Assembly: GCA_965204765.1 (NCBI GenBank)
Contig: CBDBFG010000004.1
Location: forward strand, 451,402 to 515,401
DNA from: Alphaproteobacteria bacterium
Lineage (GTDB): Bacteria > Pseudomonadota > Alphaproteobacteria > Caedimonadales > UBA9215
Reading direction: 5' to 3'
DNA: 64,000 nt
The position numbers were made by a program, and so were the translations under genes. The first letter of the stretch is position 1. Each line of letters opens with the position of its first letter. Below, in pieces: positions 1 to 8,613 of the stretch. The notes beneath the pieces were generated by a model, which was given only the letters and a program-made list of their open reading frames with translations, ran no database searches and was not told where the DNA came from.

Positions 1-1
1 C

Positions 2-337
2 AAGGAGGTATACCATTTAAAGGGTGGTATTTTAAAATATTTAGAGACTGTTCCAAGTGCACAAACAAAATGGGATGGCGAATGTTTTGTCTTTGACGAT
101 AGAGTAGCGGTGAAAGATAGTCTGCAGCTTGGCTCGTATGATCAATGCTATGGTTGTCGGTATCCGATTACCGAAGAACAAAAACAATCAAAGCATTATG
201 TCAAGGGAGTATCATGTCCACGGTGTTATAACCATACTTCGACAACACAGAAAAAACGTTTTGCCGATCGACAATTACAAGTTGAACTAGCTAATAGTCG
301 TGGTGAAAAGCATATAGGCAAGCAAAATGGCAATTAA
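2..337 (+). CDS. trhO: Rhodanese-domain protein TrhO/YceA (UPF0176, tRNA uridine-34 hydroxylase family), C-terminal part; 5' end lies outside the window
   Basis: The frame of ORF 110..337 stays open to the window edge ([18 protein letters not shown]...[14 protein letters not shown]). It is followed by the CYGC...CPRC cysteine pairs typical of this family's C-terminus. Confidence 0.6.
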   Translation, partial: KEVYHLKGGILKYLETVPSAQTKWDGECFVFDDRVAVKDSLQLGSYDQCYGCRYPITEEQKQSKHYVKGVSCPRCYNHTSTTQKKRFADRQLQVELANSRGEKHIGKQNGN

Positions 338-578
338 GTTTGAAGAGCTACAATCTATATTGGAATCTTATTTCCCTGATAGTACAATTTATCTAGAAGA
401 TATGCTAGGTGATGAGGATCACTATGGAGTTACCATAGAAAGTGCTAGTTTTAATGGTATGTCCAAGGTTAAAAGACATCAAGAAGTTTATAAGGCTTTA
501 GGTAATAAGATGGGTAACGAACTGCATGCGTTATCTATTAAAACCATCACACCTGAAGAAAAATTACTAGGAGAATAA
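327..578 (+). CDS. bolA: BolA family protein
   Basis: 83 aa. BolA-like motifs are present ([23 protein letters not shown]...LHALSIKT). It sits directly upstream of a monothiol glutaredoxin, a conserved pairing. Confidence 0.8.
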   Translation: MAIKFEELQSILESYFPDSTIYLEDMLGDEDHYGVTIESASFNGMSKVKRHQEVYKALGNKMGNELHALSIKTITPEEKLLGE

Positions 579-580
579 TT

Positions 581-901
581 ATGAGTGCTATTTTTGAGAA
601 AATTAAATCAATTATCAGTGACAATGATACGGTTTTGTTTATGAAGGGTGATGACAAGTTTCCAATGTGCGGTTTTTCTGGTTTTGTAGTGCAAGTATTA
701 CAATCATTAAAAGTAAAATTTACCGCGGTAAATGTTTTAGAGGATCAAGAAATGCGCCAAGGTATTAAGGATTTTACTAATTGGCCAACTATTCCTCAGT
801 TGTATGTGCAAGGTGAATTTATCGGCGGAGCAGACATAATCAAAGAGATGTATAATTCCGGTGAACTAAAGGCTTTGTTTGAAGAAAAAGGATTAATTTA
901 G
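581..901 (+). CDS. grxD: Grx4-type monothiol glutaredoxin
   Basis: CGFS active site (FPMCGFSG) and WPTIPQLYVQGEFIGG motif; 106 aa. Confidence 0.9.
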   Translation: MSAIFEKIKSIISDNDTVLFMKGDDKFPMCGFSGFVVQVLQSLKVKFTAVNVLEDQEMRQGIKDFTNWPTIPQLYVQGEFIGGADIIKEMYNSGELKALFEEKGLI

Positions 902-909
902 GGATTACT

Positions 910-2115
910 ATGTATCGTAAATATTTTTTGCATAATCAAATTAGTCGCGGTGTATGGATAGTCAGTATCGCCATGATGATGGTTAGTATTTCTGCAGCGA
1001 TGATGTTTTCTATCTCTCCATTTTTTGTTACCGAGGTTTTGGGTCTTAGTCTAGTAAGTTTAGGTTGGATAGATGGAGCAGCCGAAGGGTTATCACAGTT
1101 TCTAAAACTAGTCTCTGGTTATACAGGTGATTACTTTAAAAAGAAAAAGCCACCACTGGTGATAGGTGTGATATTGGCTACCATTTCGAAACCTGTGTTT
1201 ATATTGGCTAATGGCCAATTTATGATAGTTATGGCCAAAGTGATAGAAAGAATTTCCAATGGTGTGATGGCGACCCCTCGGGATGCGTATTGTGCCGAGG
1301 AAAGTAAAGAATCTGCGCGAGGGGCCTCACTAGGGCTAATGATGTCATTAAAAACTTTGGGAGTAACCGTAGGTTCACTGATTATAGGTGGCTTGATGTA
1401 CTATACCAACAATTATATTTTGTTGTTGTGGATAGGATTTATACCTTGTTGTTTATCGCTGTTCTTATTGGTGAAGTATATGAAAGAAAATTCTACTAGT
1501 AAGAAAACACACCAAGCCAAAGTTAACAAGATTAATTGGCATGATGTAACTAATTTAAGTAGTAGGTATTGGAGCATAGTATGTACGGCGACGATCTTTA
1601 TGTGTGCCAGATTTAGTGAAGGGTTTATCATGTTACGTATGTCCGAGCTAGGTGTGCATAAATCCATATGCGGGATGACGATTGGGATGTTTAACTTGGT
1701 ATCTGTCTTTGCTTGTTTACCAATAGGTTATATTTCGGATAAATTTGATCGTTCACGTATGTTGTATATAGTGTTTTTGGCATTAATTGGTGCAAATATT
1801 TGTTTTATGTATGCTGATGGTTTGCCATTATTATTGGTTGGAATCGTGTTGTGGGGGTTACAACGTGGCCCATCGCAAATGTTGTTTGCGGCCATAATTG
1901 CTGATGAAGTGCCTAAGAAAATCATTGGCACTGCCCTTGGCATATACTATGTAGCCACAGGGGTTGCCTCATTTGTTGCAGGTGGTTTTGCTGGTAAATT
2001 TGCTGCAATATCTTTGCAATATACTTTTGTCTTTGGTTTTGGAACAGCAATGCTGAGTTTGATTGTTTTAGCACTACGAAATAAAATTTTACCGTCAAAA
2101 GTATCATTAAAATAA
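910..2115 (+). CDS. MFS-type transporter (substrate unknown)
   Basis: 401 aa with about 12 hydrophobic segments, an MFS-like loop and overall MFS layout. No specific subfamily recognised. Confidence 0.65.
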   Translation: MYRKYFLHNQISRGVWIVSIAMMMVSISAAMMFSISPFFVTEVLGLSLVSLGWIDGAAEGLSQFLKLVSGYTGDYFKKKKPPLVIGVILATISKPVFILANGQFMIVMAKVIERISNGVMATPRDAYCAEESKESARGASLGLMMSLKTLGVTVGSLIIGGLMYYTNNYILLLWIGFIPCCLSLFLLVKYMKENSTSKKTHQAKVNKINWHDVTNLSSRYWSIVCTATIFMCARFSEGFIMLRMSELGVHKSICGMTIGMFNLVSVFACLPIGYISDKFDRSRMLYIVFLALIGANICFMYADGLPLLLVGIVLWGLQRGPSQMLFAAIIADEVPKKIIGTALGIYYVATGVASFVAGGFAGKFAAISLQYTFVFGFGTAMLSLIVLALRNKILPSKVSLK

Positions 2116-2395
2116 GTTGCTTTTTACGTTATACGTTGTAGTCCGTAAAGTTGACGCAATGATTGTGACGTATGGTGCTGTCATTGCACAATATTCTGTG
2201 TTGATCGTGGGTGGTATGTAAAAACTGCATAATGAATGGCTGTAATGCAAGTTTCTAGCTAATTAAGGGCAAGAAAAGGTAGTTGTCGCACCAGATATTA
2301 CGCAGATTTATTTTCTTATTTCTATGTGGGTTCGTAACTGATACAGTGTTGGTGCCTGTGTACGGTTCGTATATTTTATTAGATAGGATAACCAA

Positions 2396-3553
2396 ATGTT
2401 TACTTTCATTAAAGTTTGTTTGTTTTGTTTCACTTGTATGCAAATTAGCTATTCAACGCCAGAGATCAGAAAAATTAACCCTCCTAAACTTGGTTTATCT
2501 CACCAAGGTCAAAAAATTATAGCTTATAGGCCTATGCGTAAAGGTTCACCTAGGATAGAGATAGAACACTTAGGTAACAAAATTATTGCCCACAACTATG
2601 GTCACGGTGGTAGCGGGTGGACTTTGGGACCGGGATCAGTGCAATACATTATAGCACAGCTTTGTCGTGAGATAGCAGCTAAAGAAATTAGCACAAACGA
2701 ACGTATTACAGTTATTGGGGCTGGAATAATTGGGCAATTATCAGCCTTGGAGTTACTGGCTAAAGGTTATAATAACATCTTAATTGTTGCTCCGGATTTT
2801 ACTGATACTACTTCACATAATGCCGGTGGATTATTGGCCCCTGTTTCCATGGATAATGACCCAAAAATACAAAAGTTAATAGATGAGATGGTGATGATCT
2901 CGTATAAAGTATACGGTGATATTGCGAAAGGACAGCACGCGTATATCAAAAACGGTTGTAGATTTATGCCGTCTTATTTTGAGACAAGGCAAGAGTCTGG
3001 TTTGACTCCATTGGTAGAAGCCGGCCTACTTTCGCCAGCAAAAGATGTAGTGTTAGATTTTCAAAATGGTGTCAGGCGTGCGATGGTATCTTATGATGAT
3101 AATTTATTTATTGATACGGCTAATTTAATGGTTGAAATTGAGAAAATATTGCGTAGTAAGGGAGTGGTGTTTCAGCAAAGGATGGTACATAATATACAAG
3201 ATTTACAAGATAGAATAATCGTCCATGCCAGTGGTTTTGGTGCCAAGAAATTGGTCAATGATCATAATATGGTATCTGTGCAGGGTCATTTGATAATGTT
3301 AGAAGATCAGAATCCTGCAGATTTAGAGTATATGATTTTGGTATATTTTGCCAAAGGTAAAACTATCAAGGGTTATCCTATAAAAAGATCTTTTTATATT
3401 TTCCCCAAGACGGTCATTAATAATACTAACTCTAATAATGTTGGGGTAATTGGTGGTACATTTGTAGAGGTAGAAAAAGAACAAAATGAACCGCATAAAG
3501 AAGAGTTCATCACGATGTTAAACCAAGCACGTGATTTTTATTTTAAACAGTGA
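2396..3553 (+). CDS. FAD-dependent oxidoreductase of the D-amino-acid oxidase (DAO) family with permuted segment order
   Basis: The DAAO C-terminal signature (AYRPMRKG.PRIEIE....IIAHNYGHGGSGWTLGPG, nt 2591 onward) comes first. The Rossmann motif ITVIGAGIIG (nt 2711) and the TTSHNAGGLLAP, HASGFGA, VQGH and GGT motifs follow it. The N-terminal 20 aa are hydrophobic. Confidence 0.75.
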   Translation: MFTFIKVCLFCFTCMQISYSTPEIRKINPPKLGLSHQGQKIIAYRPMRKGSPRIEIEHLGNKIIAHNYGHGGSGWTLGPGSVQYIIAQLCREIAAKEISTNERITVIGAGIIGQLSALELLAKGYNNILIVAPDFTDTTSHNAGGLLAPVSMDNDPKIQKLIDEMVMISYKVYGDIAKGQHAYIKNGCRFMPSYFETRQESGLTPLVEAGLLSPAKDVVLDFQNGVRRAMVSYDDNLFIDTANLMVEIEKILRSKGVVFQQRMVHNIQDLQDRIIVHASGFGAKKLVNDHNMVSVQGHLIMLEDQNPADLEYMILVYFAKGKTIKGYPIKRSFYIFPKTVINNTNSNNVGVIGGTFVEVEKEQNEPHKEEFITMLNQARDFYFKQ

Positions 3554-3554
3554 T
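3536..3554. repeat. 19-nt direct repeat, copy 1 (ttttattttaaacagtgat), covering the stop codon of the DAO-like gene
   Basis: Exact match to 3921..3939, read by eye. Confidence 0.8.
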
Positions 3555-3920
3555 CGTTTAAGTATGTGTTATATAGTGTGCTTCTGCGCATCATCCATAC
3601 ATATTATGATTCATTTGTTAGGCCATTGATGGCTTGCGTTTTATTAATTGTTGTTGATGTTAAGTAAGGTACGTGATGTTTATTCTAAATAACGGCCAGC
3701 GGTTATAAAAAATAATATAATTCATTTATGTATGTGCTTTGATTAATTTATCAAGCTATTTAAGGCCAATGATGTGCTAATATTTGTCAGTGTTAAGTTA
3801 CAATAGTTAGTATAAGTTAGAGATTGAAACTGGACTTAAAATGAAAAAAAGCTAGGATAAGTGAAGCGTATGACTATCTAAGCATGGACAGCAGCACGGT
3901 CGTAATACCGTAGAAATTTA

Positions 3921-3939
3921 TTTTATTTTAAACAGTGAT
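3921..3939. repeat. 19-nt direct repeat, copy 2 (ttttattttaaacagtgat)
   Basis: Exact match to 3536..3554, offset by 385 bp (366 bp between the copies), inside a 602-bp non-coding spacer. Confidence 0.8.
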
Positions 3940-4115
3940 TGATTAGAAATATACCTTGTAGTGAACCTGTGTAATTTACTTGGTCTGTTTGGTGATTAAG
4001 TTAAAAATTATTGATGATTGGGGTCATGTTAATGTTTATATGCCTGTAAAGTTATAATGGTTGACACTCTAAAGGTGACAGAATCTTTCGCTTATACTAA
4101 TCCACCTGTAATACA

Positions 4116-4141
4116 CAAGATCCATGTTAACATGGATCTTG
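4116..4141. repeat. Perfect 26-bp palindrome caagatccatgttaacatggatcttg; possible terminator hairpin just 3' of the minus-strand ORF 4156..4695
   Basis: The sequence is self-complementary over all 26 nt. A T-rich tract (ttgtgattttgttg) follows on the plus strand only. Confidence 0.5.
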
Positions 4142-4155
4142 TTGTGATTTTGTTG

Positions 4156-4695
4156 TTAGCTTGTTCTTCTTTGTTTTCGTTCACGCTCTTTGTGTAGTTT
4201 TCTATCTGAGTAAGTCTTTTTTAGTTGATCAGAGCCAGTTCTTGATAACTGTCTTTTACGTTTTCTTATCAGTTCCTCGACGGCTTGTAAGCGTTCTGGA
4301 TCTATTTTCTGCGGTTTAGGCTCATATGGGTCATCTGGCGATGGTGGAGGTGGGGTAACAAACGATCGTGCAAGGTCAGCGGTATCTTGTCTCATAAATT
4401 GCTGAGGTGATCTTTGTTCCCAAGATTGCAAGGTTTTTTCTATACCTTTATCAGACCCTCTTCGTGCTCCTTTTTTATACATTATTACAGCCCCATGTTT
4501 GTCACCAGCCATTGACATTTTTCTTCCTTTATTAACCAGATCATCACCCGTTGCCACGGTTGAGGAGGAAGTTTCTAAGCGATAATCACCATGACTTGTA
4601 CATACGATTAATATTAATGTACACATAAATAATACTATTCTCATTTTTATTATCCTGTTTAAACAAATACATAATGCGTAAAAAATGTTAAGCAA
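4156..4695 (-). CDS. Hypothetical secreted protein with a proline-rich segment and a strongly basic C-terminus
   Basis: 179-aa ORF. The internal start MRIVLFMCTLILIVCTSHG (nt 4644) looks like a signal peptide. Also contains PPPPSPDDPYEPKP and a tail RKRKRQ...KERERKQRR. No recognisable family. Confidence 0.45.
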   Translation of the reverse strand: MLNIFYALCICLNRIIKMRIVLFMCTLILIVCTSHGDYRLETSSSTVATGDDLVNKGRKMSMAGDKHGAVIMYKKGARRGSDKGIEKTLQSWEQRSPQQFMRQDTADLARSFVTPPPPSPDDPYEPKPQKIDPERLQAVEELIRKRKRQLSRTGSDQLKKTYSDRKLHKERERKQRRTS

Positions 4696-4798
4696 ATGAT
4701 TATTATTATTTAAAATAAGATTAATGCTGATTGTTTGATTACTAAATATTATAATATCTATGCATTGTATGGCGCCAGTGATAGTGATTTATGGCTTA

Positions 4799-6469
4799 TT
4801 ACAGTTTTACCGATTTTTGTTTCCAGTTTGATTCTAACCATGAGGCAGCCATATCGGATGGCATAGGTTTAGCAATTAAATAACCTTGGCCATAGTGACA
4901 TCCAAGTTTTTGTAAGTGTTGAATTTGCTCTTTTGTTTCAATACCTTCTGCAGTAACGCCAAGGTGTAATTCATTAGCCATTGTAATCGCCGATCGAATA
5001 ATAGCCTCGGAAGCAGAGTTATTTAACATTGATTTTATAAATGATTGGTCGATTTTAATTTCATCCAAGGGCAATTTTAATAAATAATCTAATGACGATT
5101 GTCCAGTGCCAAAATCATCAATCACAATACCTAATTTTTGTTGTTTTAAGGATTGTAATATCTCTGCTATTTTATCAATGTTCTGTGCTACTGCGGTTTC
5201 TGTTATTTCTATTTTTACATTGTGTGGAGAGATCTTATATTGTTTGATTTTTAGCAACAATTGGTCAATTAACCTATGATCTTCTAGATTTTTCATCGAA
5301 AAATTAATTGATAAAATTAAGTTTTTATATTGCTTTTGCCATTGCACCAGTTGCTTGAAAGATTCATTGATCAACCATTCAGTGTATGGATTGATTAATA
5401 AAGTTTTTTCTGCGATAGAGATAAACTCTTTTGGTTCTATCGCACCAAGAGTAGGATGATTCCATCGTGCTAATGCTTCGTACGATACAGCTTTGTTTGT
5501 GGTTAATGAAATTATAGGTTGGTAGTGCAATGATAAGTGATGATCTTTTATTGCTTTATTAAGCTCATGCAAAATGAACATGTTTCTTTCGGGTTGATAA
5601 TAGTCTTTTTGTGGATCAAATTTGGTAATTTGTTGGTTGTTGTTAATTCCTTCTTCTGCAGCAATTGTAGAATTTTTGATCATTTCTTTTAGGTTAGATT
5701 TAGTTAAATTATGGCAATCTGTAGTGCCACAGTAAGTCTCGATATAGAGCGGAATAGAATCGATGATGAATGATCTGTCCAGATGTTGTTGCAAGTTTAA
5801 TGCAAGATTATTCACACTATTATCTTTGTGTGCTGTAATGAGAAATGCATCATTGGATATTTTGGCTAGTAATGAGTTTGGTGCTATCAGGGATTGTATT
5901 CTGGTTGCCAGTTTTTTAGTTACATAATCGGTCAATTCTGGACCAAAGGCTTTTTCTACATTTTTAATATTTTTCAACTTTAATAAGCATATACCGAATA
6001 TACCATCACCTATGTTATTGTTAGCACACAGTTTTTCTAATCCTTTGTAATTTGGTAAGTTTGTTACTGTATCGATCAGGTATTTTTGTTCAATAAATTT
6101 TAAATAGGTTCTGGTTAATTGCGATGCTAAACCGGCGAATAGGCCAACAATCACGAAGAATAAAGTGCGAAAAATCCATGCTTCGGTTGGTTGATAAATT
6201 TGTTCTGGTACTGATTCAGGCATAAATGGTCCCAGTACGATCCCAACCACTATGCCGCATAGCGTGCCGATAGCAACGCCGTAACTAAAGCCAGCAAAAA
6301 TTACTGGTATGTACAAAAAATGCAAATATGATAGTTTTGTTCCACCTGTCTTATAGACTAGATAGCCACCACTGATAATTAATATATTAACGATGAAAAA
6401 AATTAAAATTTTGGCCTTTGTTTTACCGCTGTATAGGTTATTAGCTATGATAGTAAGCCATTTATTCAT
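4799..6469 (-). CDS. Membrane-anchored EAL-domain protein (putative c-di-GMP phosphodiesterase) with a degenerate GGDEF-like middle domain
   Basis: About 4 N-terminal TM helices. The GGDEF-like region has SNDAF in place of GGDEF. EAL-domain motifs are present: YEALARWNHP, EITE, DDFGTGQSSL, KIDQSF, EGIET, QGY. Confidence 0.85.
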   Translation of the reverse strand: MNKWLTIIANNLYSGKTKAKILIFFIVNILIISGGYLVYKTGGTKLSYLHFLYIPVIFAGFSYGVAIGTLCGIVVGIVLGPFMPESVPEQIYQPTEAWIFRTLFFVIVGLFAGLASQLTRTYLKFIEQKYLIDTVTNLPNYKGLEKLCANNNIGDGIFGICLLKLKNIKNVEKAFGPELTDYVTKKLATRIQSLIAPNSLLAKISNDAFLITAHKDNSVNNLALNLQQHLDRSFIIDSIPLYIETYCGTTDCHNLTKSNLKEMIKNSTIAAEEGINNNQQITKFDPQKDYYQPERNMFILHELNKAIKDHHLSLHYQPIISLTTNKAVSYEALARWNHPTLGAIEPKEFISIAEKTLLINPYTEWLINESFKQLVQWQKQYKNLILSINFSMKNLEDHRLIDQLLLKIKQYKISPHNVKIEITETAVAQNIDKIAEILQSLKQQKLGIVIDDFGTGQSSLDYLLKLPLDEIKIDQSFIKSMLNNSASEAIIRSAITMANELHLGVTAEGIETKEQIQHLQKLGCHYGQGYLIAKPMPSDMAASWLESNWKQKSVKL

Positions 6470-6559
6470 GTCTTCCTCTGTCTAGAGCTTAGTTATATAC
6501 TAGATTATATCGTTGTTACCTAAAATTAGTACCCATTTCAACCTAAAAACTATAGGATA

Positions 6560-8062
6560 TTATGAAGATTTTATTTTTTTCTGATAAAGTAGGTTAAGTT
6601 TTTTTACAGCGTTAATCCAGACGAATATTATTACTATTACCATTATAGCAAGATAAGGTGATAAAACCATAATGTCATTTGTTGCGGTTATAACTAACAA
6701 GGTGCCGGCTATATATCCACCACTTGCTTTGGCTAAACTATAGCCTGTGACATCAATTGCGGCTTTTCCCTTTTGGCGTAATTCTTTTTCTAATGGAATA
6801 TATGCCATTTCTTTTGTTGGGTCAAAAATACAATATTTGAATGTTTTACCCAGGATTTGCTGTATCGCACCCAAGCTTACAGCAATTGTAAGAGCACCTC
6901 CTGGTAGCATAGAATGCAAACAATTCATGTTACTATTACAGAACATGAATACAAAAAATGGAATAGCTGTACATGCAATTACTATCGGAGTAATCATAGA
7001 AGTTCTATACCATCCTATTTTTGTGATTAGTCCCTTGAATAGGAAGGTGATTATTATAGTCGACCATCCTAAGTAAGAAATAATTTTGGCAGTAAACATG
7101 GTGTACTCTATTTGTGTGGGGTACAGCATTAATACCTGTTTTTTCCACATAATACCGGTTAAGTTCATCACAGCCCCGTAGCTGACTACAAGGATCGCGA
7201 TGTAAATCAAATATTTTGATTTAGCAATTTCTTTGAAACTTTCAATAATAGAACGTTGTTGTTTTTTTTCTTTCACTACGGGCAATTCTTTCGGAGTATA
7301 ATGCTTAGGATCAGTTAACACCGATTTATGCATCCAATAGTGAATAGTAAAGATCATTAATGAAGAAATACCGATCAAAATTATTGTGCGATTAAGTACT
7401 ATGTTCCACGGATCATTTTCATTGCACCCGTTTGCAAATGCACACATGACCTGCAAGACATGTCCGGCGACTATTAGCGCTAAATGACTGATTAAATTAA
7501 ACATAGCGTAAAATCTGGCTGCTTCCTTGGTATTAGTAATTTCATTGGCGAATTGCCAGAACATTAGCCCTAGGATGGTTGCGCCCCAAAGCTCAGCAAA
7601 GAGATAAAATAAAGAACTGCTCCAATTTGCCGCTACGGCGAACAAATGCTGAAAATTGGGGTAGTTTGCTTGTAGAAGTCGCAATTTTTCAGCCGACATA
7701 TGTAAAGCATCTTTATTAGGGTATATAAATGCAGAGTATACTATGTAGAATCCTATAAAACTGCTTAGGATAATATAAAAAACTTTTTGTTGTGAGAGAG
7801 TGTTGGATAGCTTAGCGTAAAAAGTCACTATCACTACCGAAAATGGTAGGATTACAAAGGTTTTTAAAAATGGTATTATTTCTGGACCAGAGGTGGTAAT
7901 GACCAAAGAATCCTTCATGTTCCTTAGTATCGTATAGTTAAATAAAATAAAGAACATCATTAGATTGAGGGGAAGGAATTTTTTTATCTCATGACCATGA
8001 ATTGGCCATAGGAAACTTCTAATTTTGCCAAAATCATTATTCTGAGATTTGCATGCTTTCAT
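6560..8062 (-). CDS. tlc: ATP/ADP translocase (nucleotide transporter, Tlc/NTT family)
   Basis: 500 aa with about 12 TM segments. The N-terminal signature KIRSFLWPIHGHEIKKFLPLNLMMFFILFNYTILRNMKDSLV is characteristic of Rickettsia/Chlamydia Tlc proteins. Confidence 0.9.
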   Translation of the reverse strand: MKACKSQNNDFGKIRSFLWPIHGHEIKKFLPLNLMMFFILFNYTILRNMKDSLVITTSGPEIIPFLKTFVILPFSVVIVTFYAKLSNTLSQQKVFYIILSSFIGFYIVYSAFIYPNKDALHMSAEKLRLLQANYPNFQHLFAVAANWSSSLFYLFAELWGATILGLMFWQFANEITNTKEAARFYAMFNLISHLALIVAGHVLQVMCAFANGCNENDPWNIVLNRTIILIGISSLMIFTIHYWMHKSVLTDPKHYTPKELPVVKEKKQQRSIIESFKEIAKSKYLIYIAILVVSYGAVMNLTGIMWKKQVLMLYPTQIEYTMFTAKIISYLGWSTIIITFLFKGLITKIGWYRTSMITPIVIACTAIPFFVFMFCNSNMNCLHSMLPGGALTIAVSLGAIQQILGKTFKYCIFDPTKEMAYIPLEKELRQKGKAAIDVTGYSLAKASGGYIAGTLLVITATNDIMVLSPYLAIMVIVIIFVWINAVKKLNLLYQKKIKSS

Positions 8063-8351
8063 TTAAACAACCCTACCGTAGCCTCTTATAACACAACGCT
8101 GTATGCTCGTCGATAAAAAATTGCTCCAATACCCCCTTTTGATGTATTTCAGCTTTGTTGTATTATTTGGTGGGTCTTATGTGATAGTAATTTTTCTACA
8201 GTCCAATATTAAGATAATAAGCAAAAATATATCAAACCGATTTTGGCTGTAAAACTCATACATAGCAAATGATTTTCTGTTTGTTTCCAGAAAATTGTGT
8301 TATACAGGGTATTGGTTGTGTTAGAGTGTTTATGTTAATTCGGGATGATTT

Positions 8352-8609
8352 ATGCGTGCATTGATTGTAGTAGTTGTACTGTTGCTTTCCGGGTGTGTAG
8401 GTTCTGCAATCTTAATTTCGGACGCTGATTATACACAATCTTTTCCTGATTTACATTCTGTGCCTGAGGTTGTGCCAGAGGAAATCAGTAGATTAAACAA
8501 TGAAGAAGTAGATCCTAATCCTGTTGATCCAGAGCAAATTAAACACAGAATGAGTGAAAATGCCAAATTACGCACAGAGCACGGATTGAGTGTGAAACCA
8601 GAGGAATAA
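8352..8609 (+). CDS. Small acidic lipoprotein (hypothetical)
   Basis: Signal peptide with lipobox LLSGC. 85 aa. Its stop lies 4 nt before the atpB start. Confidence 0.5.
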   Translation: MRALIVVVVLLLSGCVGSAILISDADYTQSFPDLHSVPEVVPEEISRLNNEEVDPNPVDPEQIKHRMSENAKLRTEHGLSVKPEE

Positions 8610-8613
8610 TAAA

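Noticed and set aside
2283-2522. Small ORFs in or near intergenic regions (2283..2522, 2255..2443, 10694..10882, 14387..14572, 61843..62046, 63025..63270 and others)
   Set aside because: They have no RBS, low-complexity or hydrophobic AT-rich translations, and overlap better-supported genes or promoter regions. They are not supportable as genes from sequence alone.
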